From positions 36,270,001 to 36,334,000 of the forward strand of contig OX597822.1 in NCBI GenBank assembly GCA_951406725.2: a stretch of DNA of 64,000 nucleotides, in the 5' to 3' direction. A program made the position numbers and the translations under genes. The stretch comes from Octopus vulgaris. Lineage: Eukaryota. The notes beneath the pieces are model-generated. The model did not search any database. It saw nothing but the letters and a program-made list of their open reading frames with translations, and was not told the DNA's origin. This document shows positions 54,546 to 64,000 of the stretch, piece after piece (position 1 is the stretch's first letter; the number at the start of each line of letters is the position of its first letter).

Positions 54546-57500
54546 TTAACAACAATAATAATAAGATAAGCACATATGAGATATGTTTCACATGATCCTT
54601 ATTAGGATGTTTATATTTGGCATTTGCTGACACAGAAGAGTTCTGGAGGACTAAGTGCTTATTGACAATTGATTTCATGTAATGGGAATGGAAGCTATAT
54701 TTCTTGTCACTTCTAATTTCTAGCCACAGTTCCATATCTAGAACTGGTAGCCTTTTTGTTGGGTAATGACTAATATTTTCTTAAACTACTTTAGAATAAA
54801 ACTTTAAAAAATAAAAACAAAGAAAATATGTAGACAAGTTACATTTAGTGTCCACCACTTTCTCATATAGAAAAATTTATGATTATAATAATAATGTATT
54901 TGAAGTTGCGTTTTCTGTAGGGTAAACAGATGGCTGAATCAGCAGAGTTTAAAACAAAATGCTTTGATATACATTTACGTCCCTTTATGTTTGTTCTAAG
55001 TTAAATTGTGTTAAAAGAAAGCTTCAGCTAAATACTGGAGTCAATATAACTCACTATACCAACACACAAACACAAAGTTAGAAGCTCATATCACAGACAG
55101 TGAAGTGAAATAATTCTAACCAAGGCTGAAAATCATGAGGCTATTTCAATTTACAAGTTTATCTTTTCACTTTCTTTACAGTGCCATTAGCAACAATAAT
55201 ATTCAATTTAAACAAGGATATGTTACACTCCACTCTACATTTTAAATAAATGGGATAAAGTTCAAGTAATATTGAATATGTGGTGAATGATGTGATAATT
55301 TTTTGTATCATAAGAAAGTAAGGGAAGTAATTCTAGGCATTAATTAAAGTTGGGGGTGTCTTCAACAAAAGTCTAATTTTACCATACATGATATAGTGTC
55401 AGCAATTTTTGAAATTTTGTTAGGTGCAACACACAACTACTTCTAACATATTATTTTAAAAAGTAATTCTATTACTGTAAGCTTTGTCTTGAAATAAGTC
55501 TTTTTAAATATTCTTCAAAAATCTGTGTACATAATAAAATCATCATTCCTTATGATCACTGATTTCAGCACTCTATTTACCTAATAGATTTATTGTTAAA
55601 TATGAGCTTATTAGCCAGTGATGAAAACGAAAATATTACTAATAAAAGTGGTAAGAATAGTAACATTTTGAAAATTAATGAATAATTAAATAGATTTTAT
55701 AAGTGTTAATATATAGCAGAAATGTAACAATGTAGCACAAACTGTACAGAAACCTTGCAAAAAAAATACTTCCATATTAATTAAGTTACTTCATACTTAT
55801 TAATGTGAATTTCATTAACCTCTCACTCTTTTGTTTTAGGTGGGCATCTGGAAAATAGGGTTGTAACAATTGGCTTACACATCCACTGAGACCTTACAAA
55901 ATAATTCATATGCAATTTCTCTGTGCAAGCTGAAATCCTACTAGAGAGGAGAGTCCTCAGGCACTTATTCCACAGGACCCTATCAGAAATGACCATCAAC
56001 AAACTTTTGCAGCTGGATTCCCAAGCATGACCAGCTGAGATTATGGATATAATCCAAACTGTACACAATGTATACAAATCAAACAAACAAAGAGAATCTA
56101 AAATCCTACATTTTGTTGCACTGCAATGAAGGAAACGTAACAGAGGAAAGTGAAGAATGTCTTGACTTGGTTAGAGATCTGATAAAACTGTGAGAGATGC
56201 AAGTGACAGTCATCTCTAATGTCTTGGAAGAACTGGGAACAATATATATAAAAAGAGATATACTGAAAATTAGAACAGGATAGATGTTGGAAACTGTCAC
56301 AATCTCAAGAAACAATTAACATGATTATGTTATAATAATAACATAAATTGATTTGGACAAGATTTTAATTCAGAACAAATAAAGTACAGAATAAACCTCT
56401 ACAAAGTGCTTTGTCTGCTGCTCCACCAATCTTAACATATAGCAAATGTTGCATTTGCTGTTATTTCCTACATCTACAATTACTAAAATTACTGTAAATG
56501 CAACCAGAATAGTTATGGTGAATTGCAATCTTATATTAATTAGAGGAACTGTGTAAGAGATTGAGAAGGAGGATGGGGAATAAAATGAAGAAAATGAATT
56601 TGAAAATACAAACAAAACCGATTAGAGAGAAACTATATACCATGAGATAAATAATAAATGAAACACTTGTCTTCTGAGAAAGAGAAAACTACATTTATAT
56701 ATTCAGAGGAGATTGTATGTGGAGATGTGTTAACAAATGTACCAAAAGAACTACATAAAGAAAAAAAAAAAAACTTCAGAAAAATTTACACCAGATCTAA
56801 ACACAAAGCCTCAATGATAGGACTGATTTTTTTTTTTTAAACTGATGCTGTATAACAAACCCATCCAACCCATGTTCAGTAAAATAAAACTGTTGTTATA
56901 ATAATAAAAATGATGATAATACAGCAAGAAATGTGAGAATATTATTAGTATACTTAAATGTTAATGAGAAAAATAATCAAGATTGACTTCAAGAATTCCT
57001 GTTTAATGTGTTTACAGAAGAAACAAAATTATAGAAAGAAAATTTGCTTGAGCTAAAACAAAAAAAAAAAAAAAAGGAAACATTATATGAAAAGGCAGTT
57101 CAAACTGAGAGGAGGAATGTTTACCCCAATGAATGAGGTAATCCATAAAATTCAGATAAGATCAATGAGATATTTATTTAAAAACTGAAATATAGTAAAT
57201 TTTTTAAATAAATTTTCTCATTAAATACAGTAAAAAAAAAAAAATAAATTTTCTATATATATGATTGTATGTCTTTAATAGAAAATTTTTAAAAAATAGA
57301 GAATAGTTAGAATATATAAATAATTTGATGTAAGGAAGAAAAAAAATCCAGCTGCTAATAGAGTAAATGTTATCGAGGCTTATTAGTGCAGAGAAAGGCA
57401 ATAAGCAGGTGTGTTAACAGAGCAAAAGAGATGTAAGCAAAATAGAAAATAGCTATGTTTAATAGTGAATGAGCAAAGCATGATTTATAACAAATTGCAT

Positions 57501-57672
57501 TTTTACATAATTAACAACCTCGAGCTTTAAAAGAAAGAATAGTGAATTTAGGCCAAAAGTAATCAACAATTTTTGTCATATATGTCTCATACATACATAC
57601 ACACACACACAATATATATATATATATATACACACACATATATATCTATCTATATACATACATATATATATA

Positions 57673-57905
57673 TATATCCATACAAACATATATACATATA
57701 TATCCATACAAACATATATACATATATATCCATACAAACATATATACATATATATCCATACAAACATATATACATATATATCCATACAAACATATATACA
57801 TATATATCCATACAAACATATATACATATATATCCATACAAACATATATACATATATATCCATACAAACATATATACATATATATATATCCATACAAACA
57901 TATAT
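57673..57905. repeat. 24-bp minisatellite (tatccatacaaacatatatacata), about 9 units
   Basis: Near-perfect tandem units. Confidence 0.95.
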
Positions 57906-58150
57906 ATATATATATCTCCAAGAGAAAGACAGACAGAGAGAAAGAGACACACATACTTGAATGCAATTTTCATCTACATAAGTAAAGAGATGCACAAAAA
58001 CGTTTTAAATTACATACTTGATAGCAAAGCATTAAAAAGAATTTATGTTCATCACTGTCATTATGTTAGTATTTTTGAAATAATAACAATGAGCAAAGAA
58101 AATAGAAAATTATAAAATGCTTCTAGAGATAAAGAAGTCAAAAAACCAAC

Positions 58151-58270
58151 CTGGTGGTTTGTGAGCAGGAGGAGATGGGGCACAGCTTTCGTCAGCATCC
58201 AACATCCCATTATGAAAATGTGTATAATGATATGCAAGTCCAGGTCTTGTTTTGTATCGAGCCCCACACG
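58151..58270 (-). CDS. DPF2: d4/DPF exon, C2H2 finger (CGARYKTRPGLAYHYTHFHNGMLDADESCAPSPPAHKPP)
   Basis: tttcag acceptor, CAG|gttggt donor, 120 nt, phase 1-1; matches the d4 motif CGKRYKNRPGLSYHY.H.H. Not in the ORF track in this frame. Confidence 0.95.
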
Positions 58271-58484
58271 CTGAAATGATAATTAGAATACAACTTAAAA
58301 CATCAGTGCAAGCAACACATGCAATTTTTACAATTGTTACATGTAAAATTGTAACACTCTGAACACTTGTAAGGAAGAGAAAGACTATAACACATGTACA
58401 TTAAGTGGACATATAGACCTAATTTTCTCTGTAACATAATTATTCCATAAGCATGATTTCACTCCTAACACAAAGAATCCTTGT

Positions 58485-58805
58485 TATGGTGTGATGGCCT
58501 GAGTGCCTCAATGATCCTGAGAGCTCTGCCAGGGAGCACAAGCTCCTGGTACGGCATCCTGGGTGGACAAATCAAAGGGTAGAGGCCATACTAGTATGGA
58601 CCACTTCTTCCCAGAGGTAAAAATAGGTTTACATAGGGGCCAACATTCCTAACTAGAAAAAAAAAGCAAAGTTATAGAAGCATCAATAGTAATTCAAAGT
58701 CTGACAAGACCTGGGAGAAGAGACAACTCAGAGTTGAGAACAATGGGAAAAAGTCATTGATGGTTTATGCTCCACAGGGAGTGAAGGGCTTAAGTAAAGT
58801 AAATA
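58485..58805 (+). mobile_element. RTE-derived non-autonomous retroposon (5' end joined to 3' end)
   Basis: Ends ..caatgggaaaaagtcattgatggtttatgctccacagggagtgaagggcttaagtaaagta, an RTE-like 3' end with a (taag) tail. Confidence 0.5.
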
Positions 58806-58894
58806 TGACTTTACTTATTTCAAGTCACTATTTCTGCAACTATCATTTTCTTATGCAGAGATGGCTTAGTTAAGTCTGCAATCTTTCCTTCTAT

Positions 58895-59228
58895 GTAAAG
58901 AGCCCCTTCAGTCATGAATGACGATGGGATTGCACCTAGAAAGTTACCCCGAGGCACAAGTCTGAGCAAAGTTGTTTATACAAGATCAACCATCACCCAT
59001 GCATACCAGCATCCCCTCTCCACACCACCAATGTTATCTAAAGGAAAGCAAAGGCTGATACAGATTGGCACCAGTGATGTCGCAACTCATTTCTACAGCT
59101 GAGTGAACTGGAGTAACATGAAATAAAGTGTCTTGCTCAAGAACATAACACACATCCTAGTCTAGGTTTGAGCTCACTACCTCATGATTGTGAGCCTGAT
59201 ACTCTAACCACTGAGCCATGTGCCTTCA
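58895..59228 (-). mobile_element. tRNA-head SINE (family B related)
   Basis: Reverse head gaaggcacatggctcagtggttagag and the shared core cagctgagtgaactggag.aacatgaaataaagtgtcttgctcaagaac. Confidence 0.7.
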
Positions 59229-59361
59229 TGTACTGATCCATTTTCAGCTAACTTTTGAACTATATTCTTGTATCTGAACTAACTACTTCCTTGTGCCTAA
59301 GACATCTTTAGTCAACCCCTACCATAACCTTTCACTCTGAACACAAGATGTTCTACACCTA

Positions 59362-59560
59362 TTTGTGCCACATAAAAAGCACTCGTACCGGTGTCACATA
59401 AAAAGCACCAAGTACACCCTGCAAAATGGCTGGCAGCCAATCAAAGCAATCAAGCCAAAAAACACAACTGGAACTTGGTGCAGCTTTCCAGCTTGTCAAC
59501 TCTAGCCAAACCATCCCACCCATGCCAGCATGGAAAGCAGACATATGATGATAATGATAA
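59362..59560 (+). mobile_element. (GAT)n-tailed retroposon
   Basis: Family core and tail. Confidence 0.7.
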
Positions 59561-59679
59561 CGTTTAAACATTGGTACTGATCTCTTTTATATACAATAAT
59601 CAATACCTTCAATGACTGGCCACTTTTACTACTCAATTACCCTTCTGTGTTCTCAATACTGTACAACCAACAAACTATC

Positions 59680-60030
59680 TTTACTTGTTTCAGTCATTTG
59701 AACTCTGACTATTTTGGGGCACAACTTTGAACAAATCGATCCTAGTACTTATTTGAAAGTTTGCAACTTATTCTACTGGTCTCTTTTGCTAAACTGCTAA
59801 GTCACAAGGAAGTAAACAAACCAATACCGGTTGTCAAGCAGAGAGAGAATAAACACAAACACACACATGACAAGCTTCTACTGAGTTTCTATCAACCAAA
59901 TTCACATGAAAGGCATTGGCTGGCCTAGAGCTACAGTGGCAAATATACAGCAAAAGTGTCATGCAGTGGGGCTGGACCCTAAAACCACATGGTCATAAAG
60001 CAAGCTTCTTAACTACTCAGCTATGCTATC
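59680..60030 (-). mobile_element. tRNA-head SINE (family A)
   Basis: Collinear with 1750-2112. Confidence 0.7.
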
Positions 60031-60369
60031 ACCTATGATTAAGTTATTCTTCAACCATGACAAATCTGCTTTCAGTGATATGCTTCACTGCATTAGTTTC
60101 ACACTTCTTACAAATACCTCAGTTAGCATAGAGAGAGAAATACTATAACTGACAGCCAAAGTAATTACTTTCTGAGTAACACACCCACTTCTATTACTAG
60201 TTCCCCCATAAATATCAATTAATAACAGAACATATCTACTATTTCCAGCAATGTATCCAAGAAGTCTAGTCTTTAATTCAAAGGATACTCCTGATACCAG
60301 ATACTTCATTGACATTGATTAATCTAGAGTTTCTTTTTGTTTCATCTCAGTCTGATACAGACAAATTTG

Positions 60370-60960
60370 ATATTTTCTTAATTTATTGCTGGACTCACTA
60401 CCATTGAGGATCTCTCCTGGCAAAAGCATATGATGAACCTGTCCTTCTGTCCACAGCTAGAATATACACCTTACAGCTCCCCACTACACACAATAATTAT
60501 TGACACTCCACAAAAATCAAGTGAAGCCGCAATCAAGTATTGCACCCATGCCTGGGACAGTGCTGCTGTACATGTATAAGTCCAACCACTTCCAGAGAAG
60601 AGCCACCTATATGATTGGCATAAATTTACAGACAAGCACCAGCCTATGTCCCACAGGTATGTTATCTCCTCTTTCTGCTTTTTCTACTGTTACTATAATG
60701 GCCTCTCGTTTTTGGAGCTGGCTGGCTTCATGTCACTTCTATTCAAGTATTTCTGTCACACTTGCCTCTCTTCTTCTCATCACTTCATCTTTCCCACATC
60801 CACCATCCTCCACCAGGCTTCACACTAATCACTATGCCCAGAACTTGGTTCTTAGAACTTCAGACCTCTGGAATTACCTCCCTACTCATATCTTTCTTGC
60901 AAGTGTCAATTTACAAAGGTTCAAGCGGAATGTTAATGATATCAATTCACCAGTCTAGGA
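60370..60960 (+). mobile_element. Degenerate LINE RT 3' fragment (L2/CR1-like, second family)
   Basis: FQRRATYMI...RTSDLWNYLPTHIFLASVNLQRFKRNVN resembles a LINE RT C-terminus. Confidence 0.65.
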
Positions 60961-61164
60961 GGGCCTGCAGAGGCCAAGGATACTGACTCACCTACTTCCT
61001 CTAGGAATTTAAAAAACATTTAATTATAATAAGTAAAGACAATTTCCTGATATTACTATCACAGATTACATGTTAATACATTAGCCCTCACCATGGTAAC
61101 CTAAAGGTTACCATAGTCCTACACTTCAATACATTGTAAAGTTCTTATGCAATTCAACAGATTT

Positions 61165-61352
61165 CATCATCATCATCATTTAACATTTGTTACCATGCTG
61201 GCATGGACTGGACAGCTTGACTGGAACTGGTATGGCCAGGGGCTGTACCAGGCTCTATTGTCTGTTCTGGCACAGTTTCTACCGCTGGATGCCCTTCCTA
61301 ACACAAACAACTCCACAGAGTGTACTGGTTGCTTTTTATGTGACACCAGCTC
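61165..61352 (-). mobile_element. (GAT)n-tailed retroposon, reverse copy
   Basis: (cat)n start and reverse core. Confidence 0.7.
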
Positions 61353-61509
61353 TGGTATCAAATCTGCTGTGGCATGCAATCCTGAACTTGTGTCTTCATC
61401 AAAGTCAAGATAGAACAGATGTAGGCTCTCACTCAATTCATTACTGGTTGAGACATCTTAATGAAATATTTTAAAACTTAGACAAAATTGAGGCCAAATA
61501 AAAAAGAAC

Positions 61510-62175
61510 TTGGGCTACTAAATCATAGATCTTAACTCTCTACTAGAGCAGGTATTTTGCTTGTCAACATACTCCAATTCACATAGTTGATGGAAAAAGG
61601 TTCCAGGTCTTCTGAATATATACCCCTTGATAGACCACTGTTATCAGCATATAATTCAAGTACCCAATACCATAAAATATAGCTAAATAAACCATTCCTG
61701 CTAGGCCTTTGGGAACTCCAGTTATCTATTTAAAGCTGTATATGGCTATGGTGCGGTCAAACTTGGAATTTACATCACCAGTCTGGAACCTGTATCTTGC
61801 TCAGGACAGTGACCTCCTGGAAACTGCTCAGAGATCTACAACCAGGTAAATACCCTCCATCAGGCATCTACCATACTCTGAATGCCTTGCTTCCCTGGAC
61901 ATAGATGCATTGAAGCTCCAACATCTGACAACTGACTTAGTAAACACCCACAAAATTATTAACCATTGCACCAATAACCACCTTGAACACCTTTTTGAGC
62001 TCCATGTCTAACACACGTGGGAATGCCTACAAAGTCAGAAAACAGCACAGCTCCCATGACTTTCGGAAACATTTTTTCACTCAGAGTTGCTGAAGCATGG
62101 AACAAACTACCTGCATCAGTTGTTAGTTGCTGAGACATTGCATCCTTTAAAACCTCTATGCTTCCTGAAACACTA
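61510..62175 (+). mobile_element. CR1/L2-type LINE 3' fragment
   Basis: LKLYMAMVRSNLEFTSPVWN...LLETAQR...HFFTLRVAEAWNKLP; same family as 2548-2910. Confidence 0.82.
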
Positions 62176-62326
62176 CACCTCATATTCCCCCCTCCATACG
62201 CATGCACACATTTATATCATGACTCATACTGTTCACTTTCCTGACCTTTGTACATAATTCTAAGTACTGTACATGCACATTTGATGAATTGCAGTGCACC
62301 TGAGCACTACACACACACACACACAA

Positions 62327-62695
62327 TCATCATCATCATTGTCGTTTAATGTCCACTTTCCATGCTGACATGGGTTGGTCGGTTTGACTGAGGACTGGTG
62401 AGCCAGAAGGCTGCACCAGGCTCCAAAGTGATCTGGTAAAGTTTCTACAGCCTGATGCCCTCCTTAACGCCAACTACTCAGAGAGTGTAGTGGGTGCTTT
62501 TACATGCCACCAGCATGAGGGCCAGTGAGGTGATTCTGGCAACGACCATACTCAAAAGGTGTTTTTACGTGCTGCCTGCACAGGAGCCAGTCCAGTGGCA
62601 CTGGCAACGACCACACTCGAATGCTGTTTTTCACGTGCCAGTAAGGCGACGCTGGCAATGATCACTCTCAAATGGTGCTTTTTACGTGCCACCCA
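62327..62695 (-). mobile_element. (GAT)n-tailed retroposon, reverse copy with 3-4 tandem units
   Basis: (cat)n start, reverse core, repeated ggcaacgacca.actc.aa.ggtg.tttttacgtgc. Confidence 0.8.
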
Positions 62696-63706
62696 CGCCA
62701 TCAGTTTTATTAATGATAGAAAATAGCATATCAAAACAATGAGAAAAACCATTGTTAATTTAAACAATTGAGTAAATATATGTACGTAGATAGAATTGAA
62801 GCACTTGAACATTCAGACATGGTTATAATATTTCAGTTAAAAATATTATCATCTATGAGACATGCTAGTCATGCACTGCATGTCTGTTGATTTCTATGTA
62901 ACTCAAAAATCAATTGAAGAACGTAATGTATTTATAACCACATAGAAAAGTTGTCCAAATCATTGGAAACTGAGCTAGTTACTTTGTTTCAAAGGAAACC
63001 CATCCAGATTGATACTTCGCTGTGTTTTCGTTTTGCTTCCACTAGGCATGCTTAAAGAAAAAGGCATATGAAATCTTTTGTCCCCACCTTCCTATTTTTC
63101 AATAACTATCATTTCAATGCCTGTAAGATTCTTTTATAACTACAGAAGACATGCTTTCAGAAAAAGCATGTTCTGGCTTCCCCTCCCTTTCTATCAGTTC
63201 TTCTTTGTCAACAATTCTTAATGGTTGAATGGGTTTGACTTTTTGTTCTGACCAAAACATATCAACAATCCCATAATTCTTAATTGGTCTGCTTAAATGT
63301 TGCCATGACTTAGGAATATCTATTTCCCTCTGTTTTGAAATTATTATCATTAACCATCCTTTCTGTATTGAACAAAAAAATTCTGAAATCAGAAATATAA
63401 TATAGCTAAAATTATTTCGTGACAAAGTGAAATTAAAGTGTTTTTATTTTTTTGCGCAACTGAAAGTGTTTTTGTCTACAAAATGAAACTTGAAAGTTAC
63501 GAAAAATTGAGAGCAGAAATAACAGCTAAATCTCCAACAAACTCTTTTTTTGCAACTTTGTCATTTTACTGTGGAAATTGAAATTTTTGAAGTTGTGATT
63601 TTTGTTAATTTTGTTTTTGAGAATTGGAATCTCCATAGCCGAAAACGCAGGTTTTCATGTGCGCCAAGTATTTATTGCATGACCAGCCTCAGAAGTCACC
63701 ACACAC

Positions 63707-63859
63707 CACTGATATATATATATATCATCATCATCATCTAACATCTGTTTTCTATGCTAGCATGGGTTGGACGGTTTTGACTGAGGGTCCAATCCATGCT
63801 AGCATGGAAAACGGACGTTAAATGATGATGATGATGATGATATATATATATATGTATCA

Positions 63860-63862
<3 letters not shown>
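63707..63862. repeat. Palindrome formed by two inverted retroposon 3' ends plus flanks
   Basis: cactgata(ta)n(cat)n..catgggttggac / gtccaatccatg..(gat)n(ta)n..tatcagtg. Confidence 0.85.
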
Positions 63863-63895
<33 letters not shown>

Positions 63896-64000
63896 TGCAT
63901 GTGCACACACAAAATATTCACTTTTCCATGCTCACACAGGTCAGGCAGATTTTGTATGGTTGGATGCAGTTCCTGTTGTCAAACCACACTTATTTCCAGG

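Noticed and set aside
57957-57973. tag|17 nt|gtatgt candidate microexon
   Set aside because: Frame-shifting, poor pyrimidine tract, adjacent to a microsatellite.

Overview
AT-rich, repeat-dense eukaryotic (animal) genomic DNA. The SINE families, (GAT)n-tailed retroposons and long (TA)n tracts resemble those I recognise from Octopus/coleoid cephalopods (inference). Two convergent spliced genes are present. (1) Minus strand: the 3' half of a d4-family (DPF1/2/3, requiem/BAF45) gene with six phase-compatible GT-AG exons: C2H2 exon 58270-58151, 48-nt exon 36137-36090, and double-PHD exons 25650-25525, 24008-23896, 18885-18804 and 17911-17844. It has a probable ~3 kb transposon-free 3'UTR, and its N-terminal exons lie beyond the window. 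(2) Plus strand: the last two exons (2268-2472, 6255-6673) of an unidentified protein with ~40-aa PRVKxE...KGxxMxxLL repeats. The best novel candidate is an apparently intact alternative terminal exon (26249-26056) in the d4 gene that would replace the histone-reading double PHD with a second C2H2 finger plus an AT-hook. Also present: a 5'-truncated Penelope-like element nested in a SINE's internal microsatellite, two minimal type I hammerhead ribozyme motifs (one with U3-A8 covariation), Tc1/mariner and piggyBac-type remnants, LINE fragments, many SINEs, several fold-back hairpins and minisatellites. Most ORFs in the supplied track are microsatellite or repeat artefacts. Repeat boundaries are approximate.
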